The notes: a model not told the origin generated them from the sequence alone. A stretch of 64,000 nt of DNA from an uncultured virus (IMG/VR IMGVR_UViG_3300035183_001031) (IMGVR_UViG_3300035183_001031); one strand, 5' to 3'. Counted from the stretch's first letter, positions 24,585 through 34,417 are shown. Translations and numbers: made by a program.

Positions 24585-25299
24585 TCCTTTTGTCAAGCTC
24601 TACGACGACATCTCCGCTCGCAAGAACGAGTCGGCGAATGTCGGTCCGTACGGCGGCGGAAATGGGAGGATCGATCGTGCCGTGGACCTCATCCTTAATG
24701 AGGATTTTCCACGTTCTGGGTCATTGTTGGATGTCGGAGGCGCCACTGGAAATCTCGGATATGCTCTAAGAGATCACTTCCAGGTTCGCTGGACGATCGA
24801 CATCGCAAAGGATTGTAAGGGTCCTGCTGAGGCCAAGGGGAACAGGTTTATCTGCACCAACGTTGACAGCAGCGGGTTCTCCGATCTGAGCGGCAATACG
24901 ATCGGGCAGGAGGAGGTCGATCTGGTCGTGGCGCTCGATTTCATCGAGCACATCATCAATCCGGAGAAGTTTGCCGCAGAGTGTTTTCGAGTCCTTAGGT
25001 CTGGCGGTAAGGTCCTCATCAACACTCCTAACATCCAGTTTTGGAAGCATCTGCACAGCCTAGTGGTTGACGGCGTGTTCCCACATACCTCTGGTGATTC
25101 TGAGGTGTATCACGGTGGACACGTGGCCTTCTACAACCTTCAGGACATGAAGAGGATCTTTGGTCGCTTCGAGGACCATCGGATGCACACCCGAGGTCTC
25201 ACTCCAGTGCCTCCGCCGCCGATCTGGACCCAACTGTCAAGGGTCGGCAACCTCCAACTGTCGTATCCAGATCTGATCTTTAGCTGCAGGAAGCCTTGA
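24574..25299 (+). CDS. class I SAM-dependent methyltransferase
   Basis: LLDVGGATG, DLVVALDFIEHI, RVLRSGG..LINTPN. Confidence 0.88.
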   Translation: MGSDPFVKLYDDISARKNESANVGPYGGGNGRIDRAVDLILNEDFPRSGSLLDVGGATGNLGYALRDHFQVRWTIDIAKDCKGPAEAKGNRFICTNVDSSGFSDLSGNTIGQEEVDLVVALDFIEHIINPEKFAAECFRVLRSGGKVLINTPNIQFWKHLHSLVVDGVFPHTSGDSEVYHGGHVAFYNLQDMKRIFGRFEDHRMHTRGLTPVPPPPIWTQLSRVGNLQLSYPDLIFSCRKP

Positions 25300-26204
25300 A
25301 GATCCTCGTCGGAAAGACCTTTGGGATTGGGAATGCAGTCCTTGCGATTCCTATGATCAAGGCTCTCTCTACGTTGGGAGATGTCGATCTTCTCATCGGA
25401 TCTACTCCGGATGACTTTGGAGCGGCTGTCGTTTTCTCGTACCTTCGGGGTACCATCATCAATGAGATCTGGGTCGATCAGGTCCCACCTGGTCATCGAA
25501 AAGGCTACGATGTAGCTATCATGGCCATTCCATTCGACGGCAGGTGGAAGAACGGTCAGCACTATGAAGCCAAAAGAGTTCTCGATGAGAGGAAAAGGCC
25601 TGGAAACGTAGAGCGTCTCGGCTTTGACATGTGGAAGAAACATGAGGTCGAGTATCAGATGGAGAATGCTCGAGAGCTTGGTTACGATGGCCCTACTCCC
25701 AGCGCTTGCTTCCTTCCAGCTGCAGCGCAGGATCCCAACCTTGTCTATGTCGGGGTCGGATACAAGCGGGATCCAGGCGGATTCGGTTCATCAAAGCATT
25801 TTGGGAATGAGCGATACGCGAAGCTGATCAGGGAGGTCCATAGGCTTCGGCCTGGAACGAAGTTCCTCTCTACCGGAGGTCCGATGGACCTAGTTCAGGT
25901 TGGATATCAGATCATCAAGGCTCTTGGGAATGATAGTCCATATCGTTTTCCGCCAATAGCAGATCTAAAAGTTTCATTTCGAGAGCTCACGGGATGCGCA
26001 GCATACATCGGAAATGACACTGGGATGATGCACGTGGCGGCTTCGACAGGTATGCCAACCTGTGGTCTCTTTGCCTATCCTGGCCTCACCATTAAGAACC
26101 CTCCATTCTGTGATAGATCTTTGAGCATAGCGTTCGACAAGGATTCTCCGTCAGTGGAGCATATCGCTGAACAATTTGTCGATTTCGTTTGGGGTAAGGG
26201 ATGA
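25296..26204 (+). CDS. glycosyltransferase family 9 (heptosyltransferase-like)
   Basis: GIGNAVLAIPMIKAL, HEVE, YIGNDTGMMHVAAS. Confidence 0.85.
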   Translation: MKILVGKTFGIGNAVLAIPMIKALSTLGDVDLLIGSTPDDFGAAVVFSYLRGTIINEIWVDQVPPGHRKGYDVAIMAIPFDGRWKNGQHYEAKRVLDERKRPGNVERLGFDMWKKHEVEYQMENARELGYDGPTPSACFLPAAAQDPNLVYVGVGYKRDPGGFGSSKHFGNERYAKLIREVHRLRPGTKFLSTGGPMDLVQVGYQIIKALGNDSPYRFPPIADLKVSFRELTGCAAYIGNDTGMMHVAASTGMPTCGLFAYPGLTIKNPPFCDRSLSIAFDKDSPSVEHIAEQFVDFVWGKG

Positions 26205-27121
26205 GGATTGCGGTCACCGGTGGGATGGGATTCATAGGATCACAGATTGTTGATGATCTGGTTAATCAGGGTCACGATGTGTACGTGGTTGACTTCTGGA
26301 AGGACCTGATTTCTCGGTATGAGAGGGCTCGTCTGCCTATTATGGATGAGTTATATCGGATCTTGCCTCGAGTAGCTGGGCTTATCGACCCGTTTGATTT
26401 TGTCCTCGATGAACAGAAGGCAGTCAAGCCTGAGATCATCGTTCACGCCGGAGCCGTCGTTGACACGATGGACCTAGGAAGCGATGACCTTTTCTGTCGA
26501 AACGTCCAGTTCACCCAGCGTCTCGTCAAGAATGCGTCGGATGATGGCTCGGACATCATTTTCATGTCCAGCGCGGCTGTCTACGGAAACGACCGCAGGC
26601 CGAACAATCCATATGGGTTGTCGAAAGCTCTCGGTGAGCAGATGATGCTTCGTGCAGAGGGGATCAGCACGGTCTCCCTTCGTCTATTCAACGTCTTTGG
26701 TAGGAATGAGCATCATAAGGGTACCATGGCTTCGGTGCCATGGAAGATCGCCCAGGCATTCGAGAAGGGCTCGAAGTTCGAGTTGCACAGTCCTTTGGCC
26801 CAGAGGGACTTTATCCCGTGCACTGCTGTCTCGATGGTCGTATGCGATCTCGTTCAGAAGCTACCTGGGACTGGACACAGTTGGCGTGTGGTCTATGATG
26901 TTGGGACTGGTGCTCCGATGAGCTTTGAGGACCTTGTGGATGAGATTGCCTCGGCTAAGAAGTATACCGGGCGTAGTCCGATCGAGATCGTCTCAATGCC
27001 CTCGCACTTGGAGGGCAGGTACCAGTTCTACACATGTGCTGGGAAGAACGGCGTAGAGAATATCGGTGGTAAGATCGGAACTAGTCAGGGGATAAGGAGC
27101 GCATATGGCGTGGACTGCTGA
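26201..27121 (+). CDS. hldD: ADP-L-glycero-D-manno-heptose 6-epimerase-like
   Basis: TGGMGFIGS, SSAAVYG, YGLSK, FNVFGRNEHHKGTMASV, RDFI, MP..LEGRYQFYT. Confidence 0.82.
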   Translation: MRIAVTGGMGFIGSQIVDDLVNQGHDVYVVDFWKDLISRYERARLPIMDELYRILPRVAGLIDPFDFVLDEQKAVKPEIIVHAGAVVDTMDLGSDDLFCRNVQFTQRLVKNASDDGSDIIFMSSAAVYGNDRRPNNPYGLSKALGEQMMLRAEGISTVSLRLFNVFGRNEHHKGTMASVPWKIAQAFEKGSKFELHSPLAQRDFIPCTAVSMVVCDLVQKLPGTGHSWRVVYDVGTGAPMSFEDLVDEIASAKKYTGRSPIEIVSMPSHLEGRYQFYTCAGKNGVENIGGKIGTSQGIRSAYGVDC

Positions 27122-27572
27122 CGAAGATGAGGTTATCAAAGACCTCAAGAATGACTCAAAAGAGTGGAGTTCCACCCCCTTAGACAGGGCTGAGATTAAC
27201 TTCAATGTCCCACGGGTTAGGGACGACTATGACTATAAGGTCGTCCAGAAGGTCTGGGGTCGAGAGGTCTGGATCATCAACCTGCCGTATTATTGTGGAA
27301 AGATCCTTGAGGTGAAGAAGGGTCACCATACCTCGATGCACTTCCATGGAATCAAACATGAGACTATGTTTTGCGTCGAGGGGCAGTTCCGCATCGACTT
27401 CATCGATGGATCAGGTGAAGTTGTCAGCCGGAATCTTACTCAGGGCGACTCAATTGTGATTCCGCCGATGCTTCCACACTCGATCCACGGTGTCGGAGAT
27501 TTCAATGCTTTGTTCGAGTTTAGTACCGAGCACAGGGATGAGGACAGCATCAGGCTTGGGAAACCAGGATGA
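27105..27572 (+). CDS. cupin (sugar isomerase-like)
   Basis: KVWGRE, YCGKIL, SMHFH..K.E, PH. Confidence 0.8.
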   Translation: MAWTADEDEVIKDLKNDSKEWSSTPLDRAEINFNVPRVRDDYDYKVVQKVWGREVWIINLPYYCGKILEVKKGHHTSMHFHGIKHETMFCVEGQFRIDFIDGSGEVVSRNLTQGDSIVIPPMLPHSIHGVGDFNALFEFSTEHRDEDSIRLGKPG

Positions 27573-28477
27573 AGCTCAACCTGATTGGCCCGTTTGTGGT
27601 TAACGCCCCGTTTGGTACTGAGATCGCCTTTGCCAAGGGCCTCAGGGAGGCTGGCCATGAGGTGAATGAGGTTGATCCGAACGTGACGACCGACTGTCCA
27701 AATGAGGCCGACGTGACGGTGGTCTTCAAGAGCTGTGTCGGCAATGAAGACATCATGCTGAGACGGCTGGATCATCCGATCGTGGTTTACCAGCCTGACG
27801 ATGCGAGGTTTCCTCACATTCGAGAGATGATCTTGAAGATGAGGAGGTACGCGGACCTCTTCCTCAGCTTTGATGATCACGGCGCGACAGTGGCTCGGTC
27901 TCTTGGATATCGGGCCGCTGAGACCCTTTTGCTTACGGCAGATCCAGATCTCTACAGTCCAAGTCCCTCTCCGATCGAGAGGGACATCGACGTGTCCTTC
28001 ATAGGGAGTATCGGAAGCCCGACAGCCCATGCCAGTCGTTTGCGGATGATCAACCAGGCTAAGATTGTGGCCCAGGAGTTTGGTTGGAAGACCCATTTCG
28101 AGGTCAGTCAAGACATCCCGCATGTGGTGGACATCTATCGTCGTTCGAAGGTGGTCCTCAACCATGCCACAGACGTCGGGCAACCGTTTGGAACGGGTTT
28201 TGGGCTGCAGTGTAGACACTTCGAGGTCGGTCTGACCAAGACATGCCTGCTCTCCAACAAGCTTCTTAGTTGGGATCCGTCCATCCCGAGGCCAACATTC
28301 TGTCAGTTTGCCGGTGAGGACTTTGTCGATCGCCTGGTTGAGGTCGTGACATCGAAGGTTGATGGGATCCCATACTATCAGTCGGCCGGCGAGAACCTCT
28401 ATAATGATATCTTGCAGGGTCATATGCCGGTCGATCGTGCCAGGCAGCTTGTTGACTTCATCGAGAGGAATGCATGA
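27569..28477 (+). CDS. CgeB-like glycosyltransferase
   Basis: DD, DVSFIGS, YRRSKVVLN, RHFE. Confidence 0.75.
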   Translation: MKLNLIGPFVVNAPFGTEIAFAKGLREAGHEVNEVDPNVTTDCPNEADVTVVFKSCVGNEDIMLRRLDHPIVVYQPDDARFPHIREMILKMRRYADLFLSFDDHGATVARSLGYRAAETLLLTADPDLYSPSPSPIERDIDVSFIGSIGSPTAHASRLRMINQAKIVAQEFGWKTHFEVSQDIPHVVDIYRRSKVVLNHATDVGQPFGTGFGLQCRHFEVGLTKTCLLSNKLLSWDPSIPRPTFCQFAGEDFVDRLVEVVTSKVDGIPYYQSAGENLYNDILQGHMPVDRARQLVDFIERNA

Positions 28478-29073
28478 GGTTAAACCTTGGCTGCGGAAAT
28501 GATATCCGCGAAGGATACGTCAACGTCGATTTTAGGCAGATCGATCCTCGCGTGGTCATTGTGGACCTATCGAAGTTTCCATGGCCGTTCGAGGACCAGT
28601 CTGCGGACGAGATTCTCATGTTAGACCTCCTGGAGCACTTTCCGTACGCTCAGACGAAGTTGATCCTCTTGGAGTGTTATCGGGTGCTTAGATCGGATGG
28701 TACGGTGGTCATCCAAGTCCCGGATATGGAGATCCTCGCGTCAGTCTTCGTTGGAGACACAACGACGCAGTATCTTCCGTTTCAGTGCAATCGATGTGGG
28801 TGTTGGTTAAATACCGCTACCCAAGATGGATCATGTCAAGGGTGTGGACAGACCCTGAGTGACATTCGAGAGGCAGCGATGATGCGACTTTTTGGAGGGC
28901 AGAATTATCCTGGAAATTGGCATCACACTTGCTTTACGAAGCAAATGTTGACCGAAAAGGCTGCGTCAGTCGGCCTCGAACTTCTTTCTGACGAAGATCA
29001 GGAACAGCAGGCGCCCAATTGGAACTTCAAGATGCGATTCCGAAAAGGTGACATCTGGCGTACCTCGGTTTGA
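28474..29073 (+). CDS. SAM-dependent methyltransferase with CxxC...CxxC insert
   Basis: RLNLGCG..GYVNVD, LLEHF, RVLRSDG..IQVPD. Confidence 0.88.
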   Translation: MRLNLGCGNDIREGYVNVDFRQIDPRVVIVDLSKFPWPFEDQSADEILMLDLLEHFPYAQTKLILLECYRVLRSDGTVVIQVPDMEILASVFVGDTTTQYLPFQCNRCGCWLNTATQDGSCQGCGQTLSDIREAAMMRLFGGQNYPGNWHHTCFTKQMLTEKAASVGLELLSDEDQEQQAPNWNFKMRFRKGDIWRTSV

Positions 29074-29106
29074 GAGCTGTCTATCGAATACCTGGAGAAG
29101 TTATAA

Positions 29107-30177
29107 GTGGCAAGATCGCTTTATGTTGCGTTCGTGGGCATGCGAAGGGATCCGTCGAGTCTCCCAACTGGCTACTGGGAGACCTTCGTCCGCTATCATC
29201 TGGAGCTTCCCTGGTACTACGCCAGATATGCAGATGTGAGGGTCCACCTCACCACCACGGAGCCAGTTGAGTTTTCCAAGAACTTTCAGAGTGAAGGCGG
29301 AGGGACCATCTCGACACTCACTGAAGGGCAGTTTCTTGATCCGTTCTTCAAGGAAAACCATCAGCCGTATGATGTCGTCGTACATTGGAGGAAGTGGTTT
29401 GACGACCTGTACGTTCCAGGAGCTCGAAACGTCATCCTCTCGCAGGACCATTCATACTCTGATGATTGGAAGCGAAATGTCGGAAGTGCATTCAAGTCTG
29501 GTCGTCTTGACGGAATCTTGGTGTTCCCTTCCTGGCATAAGGAAAACACTGCTAGGGAGCTCGATGGGTTAGTTCCAGCATCTCGTCTGTATGAAGGGAT
29601 GACCCTTGGGGTCGACACGGACACGTACTATCCAGGTAACAAGGATCCGTACTCACTCCTCTGGGCATCGGATCCAGGACGTGGACTCGATGCGTTGATC
29701 AATCCTTTTCTTAGACTTTGGAACAAAGATCGAAGGTTTCGATTGACGGTCACTTATCCTGACTATGTCAAGCCAGATGTGGTTGTACGGTTCCAGCACT
29801 TCCTTAAGCATCCTGGAGTGAGGCACCTCCCCTCTGTCCGTAACAGTGCACAGCTCTGGAGCTTGTTTAACGAGTCAGCGATTCTTCCGTACTCATCCAC
29901 ATTTCCTGAGCCATCCTCTCGATGCCATCGTCAGGCAATGGCCGCCGGCTCGATGGTACTTTATCCGCCACATATGGGCACACCGTCGATGTTGATAGAG
30001 AACGGTCTGACTGGAATCGTGGAGACTCCCGATCTTTGGCCTGACATTATCATCTCACGTGTGAAGGATGGGTCGTGGCAAGAGATCGGTCGGAACGCAC
30101 GTACCTACGCATTGGGTGAGAACTGGGCCGTTCAGGCCAAGCGATTCTTTAACTTCTTCTCGAAGGGTCTTTCGTGA
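29107..30177 (+). CDS. GT-B glycosyltransferase (GT4-like)
   Basis: PSWH, LGVD, WASDPGRGL, YSSTFPEPS..QAMAAG. Confidence 0.8.
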   Translation: MARSLYVAFVGMRRDPSSLPTGYWETFVRYHLELPWYYARYADVRVHLTTTEPVEFSKNFQSEGGGTISTLTEGQFLDPFFKENHQPYDVVVHWRKWFDDLYVPGARNVILSQDHSYSDDWKRNVGSAFKSGRLDGILVFPSWHKENTARELDGLVPASRLYEGMTLGVDTDTYYPGNKDPYSLLWASDPGRGLDALINPFLRLWNKDRRFRLTVTYPDYVKPDVVVRFQHFLKHPGVRHLPSVRNSAQLWSLFNESAILPYSSTFPEPSSRCHRQAMAAGSMVLYPPHMGTPSMLIENGLTGIVETPDLWPDIIISRVKDGSWQEIGRNARTYALGENWAVQAKRFFNFFSKGLS

Positions 30178-31163
30178 ATATTAACGATCCTGATTTCATC
30201 CGTACGTTTGAGATGTCGCAGGCGACTGTTGGCCAGGTTGGGTACGGGTTCATTGGAAATGCTGTTGTAGAGCTCTTTCGACCGTTCTGCAGCGTCATAG
30301 TCTATGACAAGTTCCTCGCTGAGAATGGGTACGAAGGTCGTGAAAAGTTTCCTCGAGTAACTCTTTGCAATGACATCGATTCGGTTGTAAAGGTCTCTGA
30401 GATCATCTTTGTAGCTGTTCCGACTCCGATGAGACAGTCAGGCGAATGTGACACTCGTATCGTTGAGTCAGTTGTCCAAGATATCCAGAGCGCCGCCTTG
30501 AGGGCAAAGAGAGACGTCGAGGATTTCATCGTTGTGATCAAGAGCACGGTTCCTCCCGGGTTTACTAGGAGGATGCAGGATAGGTACGCTCTTCGTATCC
30601 TCTTCTCTCCGGAGTTCCTGACCGAGGCGAATGCCGTCAATGATTTTAAGACAACTAATCGGGTTCTTCTTGGCGGTGATCTCGAGGATGCACGGGTGGT
30701 TTTCAAGTACTTCGAGGGAGTCTGGCCGACCCGTATCGATGGCCCAAACTTCGATCCAGAGCACCCTGACGGTATCGTCCAGATCATCCAGTGTGAGCCA
30801 GAGGAGGCTGAGATGGTGAAGCTGTCGACTAACGTCCATCTGACAGCCAGGGTGATGATCTCTAACGAATTGTACTTGATCTGTCAGAAGATGGGCATCG
30901 ATTACGAGAAGGTCAAGATTATGACCCAGCTCGACCGTCGGATCGGCCTCAGTCACATGAACGTTCCGGGCCCCGACGGACACCTTGGATACGGTGGACA
31001 TTGCTTCGTGAAGGATACACAGAGCCTCGCATTCATCTCAAATCAGCTTGGGACGGCTGTTGGAAAGTCGAGTCTCTTCCATCAGCTTCACCTGAGGAAC
31101 CTTGAGATCAGAGATGATCGTGATTGGGAGGCTCAGAAGGGTCGGGCGGTATCTGATGATTGA
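30174..31163 (+). CDS. UDP-glucose/GDP-mannose dehydrogenase family
   Basis: GYGFIG, FVAVPTP, IKSTVPPG, SPEFL, AEMVKL, GYGGHCFVKD. Confidence 0.9.
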   Translation: MNINDPDFIRTFEMSQATVGQVGYGFIGNAVVELFRPFCSVIVYDKFLAENGYEGREKFPRVTLCNDIDSVVKVSEIIFVAVPTPMRQSGECDTRIVESVVQDIQSAALRAKRDVEDFIVVIKSTVPPGFTRRMQDRYALRILFSPEFLTEANAVNDFKTTNRVLLGGDLEDARVVFKYFEGVWPTRIDGPNFDPEHPDGIVQIIQCEPEEAEMVKLSTNVHLTARVMISNELYLICQKMGIDYEKVKIMTQLDRRIGLSHMNVPGPDGHLGYGGHCFVKDTQSLAFISNQLGTAVGKSSLFHQLHLRNLEIRDDRDWEAQKGRAVSDD

Positions 31164-31680
31164 CACGCAGACCTGCGTCGGTGTGATTGGAGAACGTTTT
31201 ACCGCCTGTTTAGATGACCTGAAACTTAGCTATGATGGCACACAGGTCTATGTCAAGGGTCGTCGTGATGTGATCCCTGTTGGTCGTACCATCATCGCGA
31301 ACGGTTGCTTCGATGGTTTACATCCGGGCCATCTTAGTCTGCTAGGTTGGCTTGACACCTATGCCTATAGACTTAGGCTACGGCCTATCGTTGCGATTAA
31401 CTCAGATAGGTCTGTGAGATGTCTGAAGGGACCCGGCCGGCCTGTCTGGCCTCATAACGTTCGGGCTACCCTGATCAACAACCTTAAGTGGCCGTTGACT
31501 GTCGTCGTCTTCGATGAGGATACCCCGCAGAGGCTCATGGATCTTCTTAAACCAGCTGTCGTCTTGAAGGGCAGTGAGTACCAGAAGGAGTCTGTGGTAA
31601 GATGGAAGGACAGCGAGGTGATCACCGTTCCGATGTTGGATGACTGGTCGACCTCAGGGATCTTGGGCGATACTAGGTGA
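31156..31680 (+). CDS. hldC: heptose-1-phosphate nucleotidyltransferase (HldE domain II, HldC-like)
   Basis: NGCFDGLHPGH, NSDRSVRCLKGPGRP, FDEDTP, KGSEY, STS. Confidence 0.85.
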   Translation: MIDTQTCVGVIGERFTACLDDLKLSYDGTQVYVKGRRDVIPVGRTIIANGCFDGLHPGHLSLLGWLDTYAYRLRLRPIVAINSDRSVRCLKGPGRPVWPHNVRATLINNLKWPLTVVVFDEDTPQRLMDLLKPAVVLKGSEYQKESVVRWKDSEVITVPMLDDWSTSGILGDTR

Positions 31681-32600
31681 AGAAGGTTTTGGTAGTTGGG
31701 GATGCGATCGCGGATGTCTACTGCGATTGTAGCTTTAAGAAGATGTGTCCCGATGCCCCGGAGACAAGGGCAGTTGTCGTCCAATCGAGGGATCTACGCC
31801 CTGGTGGGGCAGCTAACGTTGCCTTGAACATGGTGGCGTTAGCTCCAGATGTTCGGGTGTCTCTAATAGCCGAGATCGACGTCGAGATGGGGTTCCTCCT
31901 GAAGAGGAGGTCTTGGAACAAGCTCGATCTGGAATATATCGTGAGAAACGATGGGATGTTGACCAAGGAAAGGATTCTCATCGACGGTCAACTTGTCCTC
32001 CGAAAGGATAACCGTTCCGATGTCGGTCCATACATACGTGAGCTGATCGAGCATAAGATCAGGGACTATCTTTCCGAGAACGATCCAGATCTCATTATCG
32101 TGTCTGATTATGCCCATGGGAGCCTTAGCGAGGCTTCTTGGGATATGCTCCTTGCTTGCCGTGATAGGCTCTTGGTCGATACCAAGAAGGTTGACCTCTC
32201 GATGTTTCGTGACGGCGATAGACGAACGAAGCTGATCAAGCTGAACCGTTCGGAGTGGAGCGACGTTGTTGCGAGAGATGCTATCCCAGAGCGTTACTTT
32301 GAAGCATTCATTGTCACTCTTGGTGCTGATGGTGCTGAGCTGATGATGCATAAGGAGATGAACGATAAGGTCTCTGTCACCAACAATCTTAAGGACGAAG
32401 CCCATGGGGTTTCTGTCGTAGACGTTTGCGGTTGTGGAGATACCTTTATGGCTGGATTGGCTGCCTCGCTTTTGAAGAATGATGATTACTTTACAGCGAT
32501 GCAGTTTGCAAACGCAGCTGCGGCAACCGTCGTGTCACAACCGAGGACAGCGGTGGCAGACCTTAGTGAGACTTTGAGGTTGTTGGATAGGGAGGAATGA
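31677..32600 (+). CDS. hldA: heptose-7-phosphate kinase (HldE domain I, HldA-like; PfkB family)
   Basis: VVGDAIAD.Y, CPDAP, GGAANVA, SDY, VDTK, DVCGCGDTF. Confidence 0.85.
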   Translation: MKKVLVVGDAIADVYCDCSFKKMCPDAPETRAVVVQSRDLRPGGAANVALNMVALAPDVRVSLIAEIDVEMGFLLKRRSWNKLDLEYIVRNDGMLTKERILIDGQLVLRKDNRSDVGPYIRELIEHKIRDYLSENDPDLIIVSDYAHGSLSEASWDMLLACRDRLLVDTKKVDLSMFRDGDRRTKLIKLNRSEWSDVVARDAIPERYFEAFIVTLGADGAELMMHKEMNDKVSVTNNLKDEAHGVSVVDVCGCGDTFMAGLAASLLKNDDYFTAMQFANAAAATVVSQPRTAVADLSETLRLLDREE

Positions 32601-32773
32601 TGAAGCTCGCTGACGATGCCCTGATCAGGATCATTGAGATCCTTCGCCAGGGTCTGATGGAGAATAAGGACATTTCAGATCTTCTGCGAGAGCTCGATTT
32701 AGAGCAGAACTCACAAGGGAAACTGGGAGTGTCTTCGGGATCGAATGCTGGCTGGACTATGACCTCGGAGTAA
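32597..32773 (+). CDS. hypothetical protein (58 aa, below the ORF-track cutoff)
   Basis: MMKLADDALIRIIEILRQGL...; GGAGG RBS; fills the gap. Confidence 0.6.
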   Translation: MMKLADDALIRIIEILRQGLMENKDISDLLRELDLEQNSQGKLGVSSGSNAGWTMTSE

Positions 32774-32776
32774 GAC

Positions 32777-32980
32777 ATGCCGACCTACGAGTTTCGGTGC
32801 GTCAAGTGCCGAAAGGTCATCGAACTTCAGCGCTCAATTAAGGATGACTCAGCACCTCTGTGTATGGAGCCAGGATGTGACGGGCAGCAGGAGATGGAGC
32901 AGATCATCTCAAAGACCAGCTTTGTCCTAAAGGGAGTAGGCTGGGCCTCAGACGGTTACTCAAAGACAGGGGCGGATTGA
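32777..32980 (+). CDS. FmdB family zinc-ribbon protein
   Basis: MPTYEFRCVKC...C...C...FVLKGVGW. Confidence 0.88.
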   Translation: MPTYEFRCVKCRKVIELQRSIKDDSAPLCMEPGCDGQQEMEQIISKTSFVLKGVGWASDGYSKTGAD

Positions 32981-32981
32981 G

Positions 32982-33293
32982 ATGGTCTGGGTCTTCACTG
33001 TTCTCTTATTTCTGATAGTTTGTGCTCTCTCATTCATCTGTTGGAGGCTGGTGATTCGTCTTTTTGAGTTTGATGAGCTCTTAAGGTCGATCATCGATCC
33101 GATGAATGATTACGCCGAAGAGCTGAGGAAGGTTGCGTCTGCCGAAGGTCTTTTGCATGACCATCCTGAGGTCCTTGCATTCCATCGTGCCAACATGCAG
33201 ATGCTTGCGAGGATCGATGCCGCGATCGCCTCCATCAAGGAGGTCCAGCCGAAGGAGCCAGTGCCCCAAGGACTTCCTCCACAGGTGGAATGA
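32982..33293 (+). CDS. hypothetical membrane-anchored protein
   Basis: N-terminal TM helix. Confidence 0.6.
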   Translation: MVWVFTVLLFLIVCALSFICWRLVIRLFEFDELLRSIIDPMNDYAEELRKVASAEGLLHDHPEVLAFHRANMQMLARIDAAIASIKEVQPKEPVPQGLPPQVE

Positions 33294-33967
33294 TGTCGAT
33301 GTACTTCGGCCCGCAGGTCGATGAAAAGATCGCTGAGTACCACAGCGAGCCTGACATCGATAAGCGAAACAAGATCTTTGAGGAGCATATTCGCCCTGCG
33401 ATGCTCAAGCTTATCGAGAGTCAGATGTACCTGTACGGCTTCTATAAGATTGATGATCCGGACACGCTCAAGAACGAGTGCCTGGCCACGCTATATGAGA
33501 CCCTTCCTAAGTTCGATCCGTCGAAGGGAAAGAAGGCATTCTCGTACTTCAACGTGGTGGTCAAGAACTGGTTCATCTGGAAGATCAGAGACAAGAATAA
33601 GAAGCTCAAACAGCAGTCTGAGAACTTCTATGGCATCGATCACGATCGGGTCAAGAACGATCCGTCAATCGTTCTCCAATCTTATGAGGACGAGGTCATC
33701 GAGAGGGAGTTTTGGGTTGAGCTTCACCGTGACATGGATAAGTGGCGCGGGTCCCTAAAGAAGGACCAGGAGCGGCGGGTGCTTGACGCCATCGTTTTCC
33801 TCTTGCAGAATCCTCACCTGGTCTCTATCTTTAACAAGAAGGCGGTCTTCCTCTATATCAAAGAGATGACGGGTCTGACCACGAAGCAGGTCAACCTCAA
33901 CATGAATCGGTTGAAGATGTTGTACGCTGCCTTCAGGGAGAGGTTCCACAGTGGGGAAGAAGGATGA
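33290..33967 (+). CDS. sigma-factor-like protein (putative late sigma)
   Basis: Region-2-like DTLKNECLATLYETLPKFDPSKGKKAFSYFNVVVKN; C-terminal HTH-like IKEMTGLTTKQV. Confidence 0.6.
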   Translation: MMSMYFGPQVDEKIAEYHSEPDIDKRNKIFEEHIRPAMLKLIESQMYLYGFYKIDDPDTLKNECLATLYETLPKFDPSKGKKAFSYFNVVVKNWFIWKIRDKNKKLKQQSENFYGIDHDRVKNDPSIVLQSYEDEVIEREFWVELHRDMDKWRGSLKKDQERRVLDAIVFLLQNPHLVSIFNKKAVFLYIKEMTGLTTKQVNLNMNRLKMLYAAFRERFHSGEEG

Positions 33968-34256
33968 ACTTGCAGACCTGGTCGATGATATCCTCGATAA
34001 CGTCGGTGAAGACCGAGAACGTCTGTCAAACTTCCTTGACAGGCTTCTTTCGGAGCACAGTGACCAACCTGCTGTAATCGCTGAGTATGTGGCCAAGATT
34101 GCTGCCGAATTAAGTCGCCAAAATCAGGTTCGGGTGAATACCGTCAAGGCCTTCGGTAAGGTCCTTGAAGTATTGTCAGATGATGATGAAGATGACATCA
34201 CTGATGAGATCGGAAGACCCTTCCCTGAGGAAGACTTTGATGAGGGATCGAACTGA
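33951..34256 (+). CDS. hypothetical protein
   Basis: 101-aa acidic helical ORF. Confidence 0.6.
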   Translation: MGKKDELADLVDDILDNVGEDRERLSNFLDRLLSEHSDQPAVIAEYVAKIAAELSRQNQVRVNTVKAFGKVLEVLSDDDEDDITDEIGRPFPEEDFDEGSN

Positions 34257-34417
34257 TGGATCGTGAGAGGGCTGATAGACTGCGAGTGATCGCGGTTGAG
34301 ATGGATGCGCTCGTCCGCGACCTTGGTCCGAAATGGATTCGACTGGCTCATCTCCGCAAGGAGGCGCACCAGATCATCGAGGAACTAGAGAAGGCCGCGA
34401 AGGATGATGGACATTGA
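34256..34417 (+). CDS. hypothetical protein (53 aa)
   Basis: MDRERADRLRVIAVEMDALV...; TGATG coupling to the previous gene. Confidence 0.5.
   Translation: MDRERADRLRVIAVEMDALVRDLGPKWIRLAHLRKEAHQIIEELEKAAKDDGH

Noticed and set aside
14282..32600. Bacterial chromosomal LPS/O-antigen locus
   Set aside because: No wzx/wzy/waaL/kdtA-type genes; it is contiguous and co-oriented with phage sigma-like, baseplate and replication genes.
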